Source: Ylistrum balloti
Lineage: Eukaryota
Length of the DNA stretch: 64,000 nt
Assembly: GCF_031769215.1 (NCBI RefSeq)
Contig: NW_026782754.1
Coordinates: 372,001 to 436,000 of the forward strand
Reading direction: 5' to 3'
Each line of letters begins with the position of its first letter. The first letter of the stretch is position 1. The translations under genes were made by a program, and so were the position numbers. A model generated the notes under the pieces. The model had not been told where the DNA came from. It searched no databases and saw only the letters and a list, made by a program, of their open reading frames with translations. Of the stretch, positions 48,001-61,300 are shown piece by piece.

Positions 48001-49618
48001 CTTGCTAAATTCAGCTCAGGCATCACACATCAAGAAAATGGTAGTTCCATGCAGAGAAAATACCTGGGATACTTTTGTTAAACCAATAATGTTTTTATTT
48101 CGACTGATGCATCAGATCAAAGATATCACTAGTATCACCAAACATTATCAATCAAAATGTGTTGTTGCAAAAAGTTAAAAATGTCGGCCCCGCTGAACCT
48201 CCTGTGTATCCAGTGCACTGGATTTTTTTTCAATCAATTGGTGAACTGATTATAAACCAATCATGCTTCATCGTTACTGGAAACAACATCAAAATCTTTG
48301 TTTGAAAGTATTGTTTGTTAAAATAATCAAATCCTTGTTTAATTTTCATTGGTTGTCCATATATCCACAGTCTTTCTTATAGACTGTCTCATGGCATGGA
48401 CATCATGATCATTGTTTGGCATTTTAGCATTATTACGATGACATGTAGTGATGCTTTTTCGATGTACTTTGTCTTTATTAAGGAGAAAAGGTAGTCTTCA
48501 AATTTCTTCCGTCATTCCAATCCTGAATTTAGTGAAACTGTGTTCTTTCCTTTGGATAGTGATGATTGTATTTTGTAAACGTGGATTTGACAATTTCATT
48601 TGAAGATTTTTGTCAGTGATTTATATATAGATCTCTGTAAATGTACAATGTAAGTTTTCTTTTATCTGTGGTTATCATAGACTATGACAGATTTATGCCG
48701 GAAAATAATTTTCCCTGTTAATTTTAAGAAATAAATGCCATATGTTTATTCAGAAAGGAGTAAACTAAAATCCATAGACTGCTGTCGTTGTTGTCAAGAT
48801 GGTTGCTACGACCATGCATAGAACAATAACAAAGGAAATTAAAAAACAAAAACATTTATGAGTTCATAACAACATCGGATATAAAACTCTTATTTAAAAT
48901 GTTCACCAGTATGGCTGATTTGTCAACAATATCAACGAGCTTTAAATGAGGTTACTTTTTCAAACTGTCAAAATTACTTTTTTTCTGCTTTGAGTAAGAA
49001 TCATTTCCCCATAGACGTGCTTTTTCAGGAAATATGACATTTAATTTTGATAACGTATTTTGTCTTATTGCGGTATAATTGTCTCAAGATAATGAAACAT
49101 AGTGGGTACTTTCAACTTATCAGGACAAATGAACTGCACTCTTACTTGTTTTTTGGAATTACTATATTTTAGTCTAAATCGTGTATGTACAATTTGTCTA
49201 CTTCCGATGTTAAAATATTTCATACCTGCCAACTTTCCCGATTCAATCGGGAGTTTCTCGACTTTCACTCCTTTATCCCGCTTCCCGAGAATTTTGATAA
49301 ATAAATTCCATCTTGAATCTTACGAAAAGACAAACATTTTTTTTCATTAAGATCAGTAAAGCATTAACTTTATCAATTTGAAGTTATTTTGAGGTATTTA
49401 TTAAATAAACATTAATTGATTTTTCCTTTGTGACAAATTGTGCCTTGCGCAAGGTATCGTGGCGAGGCCAAAATATTTTTCACACTCTTTTATCCCCATG
49501 AGAATTTTGAAAAGTAGGCAAATATGATATATGAGTCTTTGCTTTGTAAAGAATTCTTTTATTTCGAATATTTATTAATAATGCATTAAATAAAGATATA
49601 GACGAGTTCCCTTTTTCT

Positions 49619-49670
49619 TGTGTGTGTGTGTGTGTGTGTGTGTGGGTGTGTGTGTGTGTGTGTGTGAGTG
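49619..49670. repeat. (GT)n microsatellite
   Basis: About 25 GT units. Confidence 0.95.
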
Positions 49671-50541
49671 TTTTCTTTAGTAGCTTTCCTGATCTGAATC
49701 TCTTTTTTTACATAATAATAATAAAATACCAATATACAACACAAATGGCGATTTCGCCATCATCCCACCGTAATTACCTTTGTTTTGAACATACCAAAGT
49801 TTGAAATTGAACAGGAGCGATAAATGACAACTTCATATAATTTACATATACATTTATTCTAATCTACTGTCTATTTGATGTTGCCCCTGTTTATCAATGT
49901 ATCAATACTAGATGATGATACTGTTTACATATCGTACAGATTGTACATACAAAAGACACACAAGTCAACAGCACCTGTTATTCTGTTCAGAATCAGATTA
50001 AGTACAGCAAAATGATTAATTAAACTGCATCAAACCGTTATTTAGACCTTCAGATAATACCGACAGAACGTCAAGCAAATGTATACATTTTGAACCGAAT
50101 ACTTTCTTTTCATTTCAGTTAATCGTGGTTAGTTTTACATACAATGTATATCTATGTATATGCATGTGATCAATCGTCTGTCAATACTAGTAGACAAAAT
50201 GCAAACATACACAGTCACAAAACTGTATTATGCCTCAGTAAAGTTCTATATCAAATATATTTAGTCTCTAGAAGACATCACAAGTTGGGCGTTAGATGTA
50301 GTGAGAAAATAAGATACATATCATTTAAATGTAAAACTATCAAATAAATTTTGACTTCAGTTTGATAAGGAGCTACATCGTCTATCCACATTTCTTTATA
50401 AAGGTATATTAAGGATAAGGGGCATGAAACTTCGAATGCTTAAAATATAACTATATGGATATGAATCCTCATCAAGTTTACATTGTGTAATCAATATAAT
50501 AATACAATTATAAACATTCTAGTTACACATATTTTTTTCAG

Positions 50542-50777
50542 TTTTGGCGTAGTTTGTCATCAGATCAGATGTCTTTGATGGTCCACCAGGAGCAACTAGA
50601 AGAAAGGACGCGTCAGGAGCTACTGGAGCGACAGGCCCGACCGGACCTACTGGACCGACAGGGTCAACCGGACCAACGGGACCAAGAGTACCATAAGGCG
50701 CAGCCGGATCAATGGGAGCAGCAGGTGCAACAGGACCAACAGGATCAACTGGAGCAACAGGACCGTTGGGACCAACA
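50542..50777 (+). pseudogene. Decayed collagen-like (Gly-X-Thr rich) exon
   Basis: [65 protein letters not shown]: ~22 triplets with three Gly substitutions and an in-frame TAA; acceptor ttttttcag at 50541. Confidence 0.8.
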
Positions 50778-50959
50778 AGTGTTCCTTTCGTTTACAGCTA
50801 GGATGTACTGTAGAATCACTATGTGTTGCATTATTAGAAATAAAACATCCATCATCGATTGGTGTTTGGTTACATATAATTTTTTGAAAAAAAAGTCAGC
50901 GTGTTCAATATGAAACGCGGAATAAATATGCAGCGATCAGACTAAGACATGGTCGAAAA

Positions 50960-51430
50960 TGCAACAATAAACATTGACCAAAACATAACAGTAAACATGG
51001 ACAAAATATATCATATAACAGTAAGCATGGACAGTAAACACACATAAAAATGTAACAGTAGAACACACTAAAAATGTAACCGTTAACATGGACCAAATAT
51101 GTAACAATAGATATGGACCAAAAATGTAACATAACAGTAAACATGGACAACAAAATGTAACCGTAAACATAGACTAAAAATACAACAAAATAAATAAGGA
51201 CCGAAAATGTAACTGTAAACATAGACTACAAAATGTAACTGTAAACATAGACTACAAAATGTAACTGTAAACATAGACCAAAGTTACAACAATAGACATG
51301 GACCAAAAATGTCAATATTGACCAAAAGGTAGCACTTAAAATGGATAATATATGTAACATGACAAGAGAAACAAATTAAATTGTAACAGTAAATATGGAC
51401 AAAAATGTTACAGTAAATTAACAACAAAAT
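50960..51430. repeat. Degenerate 26-29-bp minisatellite (AAAATGTAACAGTAAACATGGACC-like)
   Basis: Repeated units, three near-exact at ~51205-51290. Confidence 0.75.
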
Positions 51431-52002
51431 CGTCAGTTAAACGGACCAACTATATTAGACAGAGGTTAAATTAATGATTTTGACAACTTTCGGTCAGGTT
51501 TACCTCGATATCATGTAATATTTTCTGAGTATTATTACATTAACCATATTATTGTCTAAGCGCCACACTACGATCCTGAAGTACTCTGTAACCTAAAAGA
51601 AAGTTACCAAGATACACACCAATAACTGTTAACTATATCTACTGACACGAAGATTAAAAATATATCTGTATAGTCAAACGACCTCGAAAAACAGAATAAA
51701 GTTATTTTATCCTGTAGCGAAACAAACTTTGCCGATAAAACCGTTTCAGCATAACTTAAATCAGTATTGAAATTCTCGTCAAGTTTAAGTATTGCATGCT
51801 GGTATGAGATCTCACATGTTGTTTTGGATTAGTGAAGGCCAACTTAGAGGTTTCGAGTTAGATTAAAAAGTAAGATAAAAGAAGTTTCCGCACTGAATCA
51901 AATACATCTCGCCAAAAATATAAGAGTTACCAAAATAGACATTGAAACTTTTTACCAGGGCGTCCGACGGAAGCGGCCAATAGCGAGGAATCACATTCAA
52001 GT

Positions 52003-54965
52003 GAACTGTTGGTAAACGAAATATGATATAGCGTGGTACCATCATGTTGATTGACTTTGAAGTCCCGTATGTCAACCGCATTTTGATGATAACTGTAAGA
52101 TTTTTATTTATGAATACGATACGTAGCATGCATATATATAGCTTTTATACAACTCTGTAGTATATTTGATAATCCAATATAAAATAACATTTCTATCAAT
52201 GAGATATTTCACCCCTTTGCACCGGCCTAGAATTGGCTCTGATATAATACTAATAACAACACAGAAACATATGCTGGATAAATTTTAGAAGTAAAATATA
52301 CTTTCGTGAAAGGAAGGAGACACTTTAGTTAATATCTAAGTATCGGTGCTCACCACTAATTGATTGAACCCTATCAAATGTTTTAAGATTGTTAAAAAAG
52401 CTACATACTGAAGTGTGCTGTATGAATGTTAACTTCGGAACTCGTATGTACAAAAAGTTGTGGAGAATTAGGAAGTACACAAAGATACGCATGTAGGCGT
52501 TGTCTTGGTCTCCCGACAACTTCCTCCTTATCAGTGATTGTTTAGTGTCTAAGGACATTTTATATCGGGATAGAGTTGGAGATGCGGAAATTAGCGTTTA
52601 AGTAGAGTGTACATGGAAAACTTATAATTATATATCCAATTATGTAATTAGTCTATGCCAATTTATGTATGGCAGTTTATCAGTTATTCTCACAGGATTC
52701 ATGCCTAATTTATATAACATAATGGTTAAATTTAATATAGACTCGTTCATTAATGACTAAGTTTTTAAATTATTCGTACCATCGACAATGTGTTGAAAAT
52801 TTTCATCAGTTGTTTTTTATATGAATTCTAGTATATTAGGTGGAAAGACAAACTAAATACACGTAATGAACTCAAGCAATATGCTGCTATCCAGAGTGAT
52901 ACGGGAAAAAAATCCTATATCGCAATTAAGCACCAAACCATGTTAAAGGAGTTGTTGCATATTTATATTCATCAATAACTTTCTTTCTATTCAATGGATT
53001 GTGACGAAACATGCAAAAAGGGATAATAGAATAACAGCGCTCATTTTGAAAAAAAAAAAAAAAAAAAAACCACACACACACACAATAATTAAATAAGAAT
53101 GGAAATGTTTAAAGGAAAATGAGAAGGTAATAAGTAAATATGTAGTAATTTATGTTCCAATCACTCGTAAATTAAAAAACTAACCTTTCAAGCCGTTGTT
53201 AATTACTTTTTTATAATATGTATCTGATGTGGCGTAGACCGGAAATATCGGATAAAATCCAATTTGCATATTTAAATAACTCCTTTAAATATGTTGTCAA
53301 ATTTGGACATAGTGACGTTGTAAATGCCCCCTTTAGAAACAGACTCTCGCCCATCGTCGTCCCTTAAGTGTTTTTCTCATATTGGTCACATGAAATCGTC
53401 TCTGTGGGTGTAGCGTCATTAGCGTTCTCGCCGCTGATTCACTTAAAATTCAAAACAACCTATCGAAAGGTATCCATGTTTAAAATACCAGCTACGAAGC
53501 AATAAAATAAAGCTGAAATATGGGGAGATTTTGAAGCTAATGGTTTCTGGTGTAGTGGATATGTTTTACATACGTTCAATATACGTTACCTTTCTCATGA
53601 TACACAATGATATAATATAAAATAATAAAAAGCGATTAGTTGAACGAGTGTGAAAACCGAATTTGATTATCACAATTTACAAAATGTAATATCAGACATG
53701 ACTTTGCTGTCTGGTTTCGTTAGGATTCTTACAATAGTGTATTTTGAAATGAATGGTTTGAAACACCGCGTGTAATTTCAACACGTCTTCAAAACGAAGC
53801 CAAGTGTGATTTCCTGGCAAGCTTGTGTTGGCACATGAACAAAGGTCCCCAAAATAGTGTTCAATCTGTCCCTGTTTTTATAATCGTCTTGAGGAATTGG
53901 GATATGCTAGGTTTGTTACGGTCTGCTGAATTTCTATACACTCTTGAGCTTTTTGTAGGCTTGTAAAATTTGTTTTAGTCTGTGGTTTTTATCAATTTAT
54001 TTACGTTTTTTATGTGCATGATGTTAATCTGTATGCGTGGTTCCAACAGGCTCTTTTTAAATCCGTTTTTTTTTTTTTTTTTTTTAATTTTTTAATTAGT
54101 AAATTGCATCCGGTTGATATGTGGTATGATCTAGGGACACTAAGTATGGGTGTCATTCACATTAATTTATAAAGGCGTATTTAATATAATCTCGAAAAAT
54201 TGATGACATCACATCATTTGTTCTCCTAATACTGAGAACATTCTGTTTTTTTGGTATTTGTGTATATCGGAAAAAATCGAATATTTCCATAATACCAACC
54301 ACTGTAACTCAAGCCCCCACCCCTCCCCAACACANNNNNNNNNNNNNNNNNNNNNNNNNNNNNNNNNNNNNNNNNNNNNNNNNNNNNNNNNNNNNNNNNN
54401 NNNNNNNNNNNNNNNNNNNNNNNNNNNNNNNNNNNNNNNNNNNNNNNNNNNNNNNNNNNNNNNNNNNNNNNNNNNNNNNNNNNNNAGAGGTACACTTTCT
54501 TGACTGATTTTGTGTGTGCGTTGAGAGGACCCTAACTTTGGGTAGAGATAATGAAATAAAAATTTGAATTTCCTTTTGGAAATCCATATATAAATATATG
54601 TATCACCAAAAATGTCTTAATATTTCAACTTTAACAATTTGACATTTTGCATGCATTTAGAGGTAGATTTGCATAAATCGTTGAAGATTACCTCGTTTTG
54701 TACAACACATTTCAGCGACATTTTGTCAACAAAGTGTGGCAACACTGAACTAGCTTAAGCGACATTTGATAACACACAATGTGCAAACACTGAACCAGTC
54801 AAGTGAGGTACATAAAAACTACCTCACTTTAGCGATATCTTGTCAACACACACAGTGTGGCAACACTGAACCAGCCAAGTGAGGTACATAAACACTACCT
54901 CACTTTAGCGATATTTTGTCAACACACACAGTGTGGCAACACTGAACCAGCCAAGTGAGGTACAT
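52003..54965 (-). repeat. Inverted copy of 36622-38511 with extra inserts (53620-53981, ~54050-54730) and a gap
   Basis: ORF 52325..52558 is near-identical to 37956..38177; homology break at 38511/52003. Confidence 0.93.
54335..54485. other. Assembly gap (N run)
   Basis: 151 N. Confidence 1.
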
Positions 54966-55385
54966 AACAATAGGCCCATAGGACCTGTATCGCTCATCAG
55001 GATCTTTATGACCAAGAGTTGTCTCATTCTATGCACGAGTTGCCCCCTCAACCCCATGTCTAGCTTAACAATTTGTACATTTTTGAATCCAAACCTCCTG
55101 ACAATGCTTCCAGCCAAATATAATTGATAGTCTTCATTTAGTTCCAGAGAAAAAGATGCTTAAGCAATATGACCAAATTACCCCTTTTGGGCCCCGCCCC
55201 TCAGGCCCCTCGGGGGGTAGGGGGGGGGTCAGCCACTTCATTTGTACATTTTTTAATTCCCACCTGCCAAGGATGCTTCCAGATAAATTTGATAAAATTC
55301 CACGCAGTAGTTTGTAAGAAGTCGATTAAAGAAATTGTTAACGGACGGACACCACAGTATGGCTATAGCTCACCTTGGTCCTTTG
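54966..55385. mobile_element. HINE fragment truncated within its terminal hairpin
   Basis: AACAATAGGCCCATAGGACCTGTATCGCTCATC end; ggacggac tract; TAGCTCACCTTGGTCCTTTG with the return arm missing. Confidence 0.8.
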
Positions 55386-58300
55386 TTTGAGATGCTGAAG
55401 CTGTTGTTAGTCATTAAAATCCAGCTATAGTTTATGTGTACCCATAATTTTGAAAGTATTTCAATGATTAAAACGAAACAAATCATTTTCGATGCAAGAG
55501 TGATGATTTTGAACATTAAAGAAACCAGAATTACTAATAAAATGTATTAAAGTTCTTTTAAATTCATCTTCCAAGGTAGGTTACTCCACTTCTCTGACAA
55601 TTATATCCTCCTGCGACCAGATAACTTATTACTTGTTGAGAAGCTTTGCAATATATTCATCCAAGCGCGCAAATATTCTAGTTTATGACGTAGCATTTTG
55701 AATACAATGGCCGCTTAGAACAAAGAAAATGTAAGTTTTGTAACCCAACTTCAAACATTTCGACAACTGAACCGCTGATCAATAACATTTGCTGCCAATT
55801 CACTATTCTACATCAACGCTGCCATCTTGTTACGCGAGCCAGGAAGCAATTCATTTCCTAAAATGGTGTTTTTGAAATAAAGAGAAATGTCTTTGGAGGT
55901 AAAAGAAATAAAATTATTTTTTCCTGAAGTAAACTTTTTCTAAGCAAAAGATGAATTAAAATCAATCGACATATTAGATAAGAGGGTTTATCTTTTAAGC
56001 ATGATTGTTTAGACGTTTTACAATAGTGACTCTTTCAAATGTTACAACATCACATATAGTTAATATTGCGATGAAAGAGAGCTACAAACTTTATGGACAT
56101 TCAGTTATGTATATTTCGGTAAGTAAATTATGTACAGTTACCTCGTGTGGTTAAATACTCTAATTGATTCATGGTGTGTTCAGATCAGTTGTACTTTAGT
56201 CTCTGTCACTTAATGTTAAAATGCAGTTTATTATATAAATACTTAACTGTTTAAAACTTTAAACATAACATGGAGGCAGTTTAACAAAGACGTTTTGAGG
56301 AATTGTTCAGTCATTCTCTTTCACTGAGTGTAGGCCAGTTTTTTCTCATCGTATATTACTACTACCTTTGTATATATATTTGTGTGCTAGACTTATTCTA
56401 TATTTCTATATTCCTCAAAAGAAAATTGTGTTCGCTTCATTACATTGTGACTAGCCATAATAAAGAAATGTAATTTTGTATAAAACCACTTCGAGTCAAA
56501 TACTTCATCTGTTTGGTCCTTTAACACGTTAAGGTCTAAAACTTTGAGATTCTCATTTTATGCTGTATAATCAATTTTTAAAAAAATGTAAAACTTCGTA
56601 AATCTGCTATTAGTCGAGTCTTGCAATAAGGGGGAACCCTTGGACATTTTCTCTCATATATTAATATATATTTTGATAATGATATAAATGTTATAACTTA
56701 GCCCGATCTATTTTGAATGAAATATCGTATAATGTTCTGGAAATGGGATAAATGAGTTATAGAAATAACATAAGAATATGAATGAGAAACGAAAGTGTTC
56801 GAGCACCTCGATCAGATAGAAAGTAATCTATATAATTACCTATATCCGCCAAGATGATGCCGGTGTTTGGAAACGGTATCGAAGATACAATACCGATCTT
56901 AAACGGTAATACAGGGAACTAATTTCCAAATGTCGCCATGATTTGTATAATAGATGGTGCCTGTATAACAAATGCAATAATATTAACAAAGATTAATTAA
57001 GATAAGTTGAAGTTTCCTTTTTCCATTGTCATAAAGTAAACTTTATTATGATTGAAGGGAAATGTCGAGCAACAACTCCGCATACCCTGATATATATACA
57101 GTTCTAGGAGACTGGTTTGTTAAGAAAACCAAAATTTCAAGAAATAGAACTTACCACAGAGTGCCTTTGATCATTTGACGAAATCTACAGACAACGAGAT
57201 ATTTGATTTCGTGTTGTATTTATAGTTCAAGAAAAAACACAGATCTAATGTCCTCCAGTCGTTTTTCTACTTTGATACCACGCGTTCTCTGACGTGTTCT
57301 CAACATGATACAATTAACGTCAATCTCTCGCTCTATTATTTGCTCGGGTAAATGTCAGAAGTGATAGATGTTCTTAACCGGAGATTGTAAAAACGACTAA
57401 GATATATATTTCGTAAATATTGTAATGAATTGGGATTATGAGGGAATAAAGAGGGTAATGGGGAATAATTTGTTATATACTTAATGGTTAATTGACACCA
57501 AGAGGTGGACGTGCTGATAGCCGAAAAAGACTGACACGGCTAATGGCTTAACTGGGCAGTTCGACCTTCGTTCAATGGGGCTGTCACGGCTTCAGGGCTA
57601 TTCTTACATAAGCGTGGTAGTGGATGTCTGTTGAGGAACGGGGAGAGCGGAGTTGCTCTGTTAAGAACAGACGTTTGTGGGATTCTCTCCGGATACTTAG
57701 CTGAAGTCCGTTATCTGGGGGTTTCTCAGGTGTTTATGTGGACTAATATGGTATGTGTTGTATAAAGTGTAATAAACATGTAAATAGAACTTTTGTTGTT
57801 GTGTTGTATTTCCACTGACTGGAAGCAGTTTCGGGAATAAACGTGAACTGTTAAATCTTCGACATCAGTGATCAGTTTTTTTCCCTGAAAAATGTCACAG
57901 GAAGGTTTTTTTAATTAGACACTAATAGTTGTAGTGAGAGCTAGAACCCGTTCTATGACTAAAGACTTATTACGGGATACTGGTATCGGGCCTCTCACCT
58001 CAACACCTTTACCTTAGCTTAATGAGGAGATTAAGCAGCTGAGGGATAACTGTGAATGTTTGAGTAAGAACATTAGTCATCAAAATCTGACCTAAATCAT
58101 ATCAAAACAAAAAGAAGGAATTTGTAAATCATTGATAAAACCAGCATATAATGATGACAAATGACCTGGGAATGACTATTTCGTTCAATATAAATTAGTG
58201 GTGGATATCAACCAATGAACTGATGAAGCGAAGGCATTGTGTCCGGTCTCTAGCCCAAGACAAAGTATCCAAGGTATTCTTGCTGATGTGGAGCAGGGAA

Positions 58301-61300
58301 AACTAAAACACTATACGTACTTAATAACCTCTCCCCATCAGCGGTTTGAGTCAGAATGCAAACTGATTTATTCTCTCTCGGAATTGTCTCAGAGAGTGAA
58401 ACGTTGAGGCAGAAAGATTAACCGTAACGCCTCATGAGATCATATTGGCATTTTGTTTCGTGATCACTTTATTGATGCTTTGGCAGGATATGTTATGCGT
58501 ATTCGGATGCAGCAGTCTCGTTCAAAGTCCTGGAATGAAGATAAAACCTAGCTGTTGAATTGGAAGCTATTTCTGTGGCGGAGAGACTAAGAGACCGTCA
58601 ATTGGTTTTTTCAACCAAGCAACGAAAACGTGAACCAGGACACATATTCAAAGCAGGAACAATTGAAAAGGGGCATGTTGACATTGAAAAGGAATTATCA
58701 GACCTTATACAGAATAAATATACGGATCGGAAGCGGTGTTGGATTAGTGGTAGTAATTCACGTCTTAAATGGGATTGCACAAATAAGGAAAGGGAGGAGC
58801 AGGATAAAGGACCAAGGACGACCAGGTGTTCCGGTAATAGTCAAGGAATGTTTTTAACTGTACTGTAAATGGACATCCTATGAATATTTTGCTAGACACT
58901 GGTTCTTCTATTTATAGCCAATCAATACTTCAACTTGACTGTTGAATATATTTAACAAACTGCGTTCATCAAACATACGTTTGACATACTTTACCCAAGA
59001 ATGTTCATAATTGGATAATGTAACTAACAAATTGTTACTTAATCTATCCTGGTTTTTTGTCGTTTTAGCCTAAAACAACTATTTATTGACAATTTTATAC
59101 CAAGTTCTTTGCAACTCATACCATTCTAGGCTCATGTTTGAAATTCAGACTGTTTGCAAATTTTTTATTGTAAACTTTCGATAAGAATGTAAGTATAGGA
59201 ACCCAATACTTCACATTCATAAAATACAATAGGTGTGAAAGCTTTGTCAAATATGTCCAGTTGTCCAATCTAAAGACACAATTTCATTCCTACATTTGGA
59301 TCTAGAGAAAATATATGCATTGACAAGTTAACAAAACTTTTTTTCATTCTAATAATTCATGATCTATGAAATGAGACCAACGCATGAGGAAACGAAAGTA
59401 CAATAAAAAAAACATGACCGTGTGCTTCGAAAGGGTAAACGTCATCTGTTTATCGTTGATCCCGGTAATTCCAAGTTACCGTACCATGGATATAACAAAG
59501 GAACGGCAATGTATACTAACGAGTCTAACACATCAATATTATATGCATTAGATATTATAAAAAATATTAAGTAATGATCTGGAGTTTGTCCTTAAATAGA
59601 CTACAGTCATTATGTATGTTACATTTGAACTCCTGTGAAATTCAAAATTTGTTTTTGTTTTTCTATTGCATACGTAAGTGATGTGTAAAATCAAATTATT
59701 TTACAATAATATAATCATATTTAATAAATATTACAACACAAAGCACATGGAAGACACAGCTGCTAAAATAAAATTAATTTATCATGCCGATTCTATTGAA
59801 TTCCACTCCACAAGTTCGTTACTGTCAGTGCGCATTTACGGGAAGCAATAGTAATAAATACTGTTGTTTCTAATATAAACAAGAAATTCATCTGACTAAA
59901 TATTTTGTAAGGTGCGTTAGAATTCATACGATATAATGATGAATAAATATCAATTTGGGCCATGATGTTATCCTGTCTTACATCCCATGATAATAAATTA
60001 CTTTGCTCACCACAATCTAACCTCTAGTAATTCATTAATAAAAACATTTCGATACCATCAGCTGATATCGTAAGAAGGACACCTGTGCCTTTTCTAGGCT
60101 GTCATACTACTGGAATACATAAAGATATTTTACCGCACCGCTAGTTTGTGAGTTAGTAGTTATGATGCTAAGCCTTTTTAATATTTAGAAATGCCAAGTG
60201 GTAAGAAAAGGATTAATGAATACTCATTGATATCAAACATCGTTTTTGTTAGGAGATCATGGGTTAACTTAAAACCAGTGTGAAGTCTGTGATTATAAAG
60301 GGTCATTCTGTTAACGACAGCAAACAGTATATTGCTAGTCTACACGAATTGATAAACTTTCATATCTTACTAAAATTCCGCGTCACTGAAATGGTACATT
60401 GCCATAACAAGAGTTACCCTGGTCCTATATTATTACAATGCAATATATGTAGTATTTCCAGTCCCTTGATAAATCAAGTGGGTTTTGGTTGTTTAATTAT
60501 TCTGAGCATTTTTTGTGTACGAGATTACCTTAATCGCTCATGTTTCCTTTGATGGAAAAGTAACACGATTGATAATATACATATGCACTAAATCCAAAAC
60601 GTATTAAATTGGAGGTTCAACGAAACTCCGATCTCGGCCAAAAGTGTAAAAGTGTTCCAAACTGTCAAGCTTAGTTAACAGGCAAGTCTAACTGGAGTGG
60701 CCTCCCTTGATTACAGTTAGTATGGTGCTGTGGGTTGTTTTTAGCATGTGCATACAGTAGTTACTATGAATACAGGTATTTATAAATATTTTGATCTGTC
60801 TAGTTTTGTTTGTTTTCATAAATAATTGAATCACGAATTAGAAATTCCAATCGCTCCCTACATTTTCTACTGCCAGCTGAAATTCTTGCAGCAAGAATGA
60901 GAATTAATATTAAAATGGTTTTTATGTTGAAAATGTACCAATTTTAAATTTCCGTATGCTAATGATACAGGCCTAAATTATTTGGCCAAGGAAGACTAGA
61001 TGGATATTTACCATACCAAATTTACCATAACACAGGATATATTACTTGTTGAAAGAAGTTCTCACAACATTTGATCTTTGTTAATTCAAAAGTGTTTAAA
61101 GTTCAATCATTTGAATAAACTTCATTCAATTATACCACCAAGATAAGCAGCCTGGACCTTTTTCCTTTGGTTACTGAGAAGTAATTACCATATTTGAACC
61201 CATTCGACCCTTGTGACCCCAAGAGTCGGTCAAGTTTATCCTTTGAATAAAACAAAAACAAAACCTACAAAAGAAGGTTACTCTTTCCAGTGTGCTACAT

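Noticed and set aside
50554-50913. Gln/Asp-rich ORF (QQDQQDQLEQQD)
   Set aside because: It is the shifted frame of the Gly-X-Y collagen-like exon.
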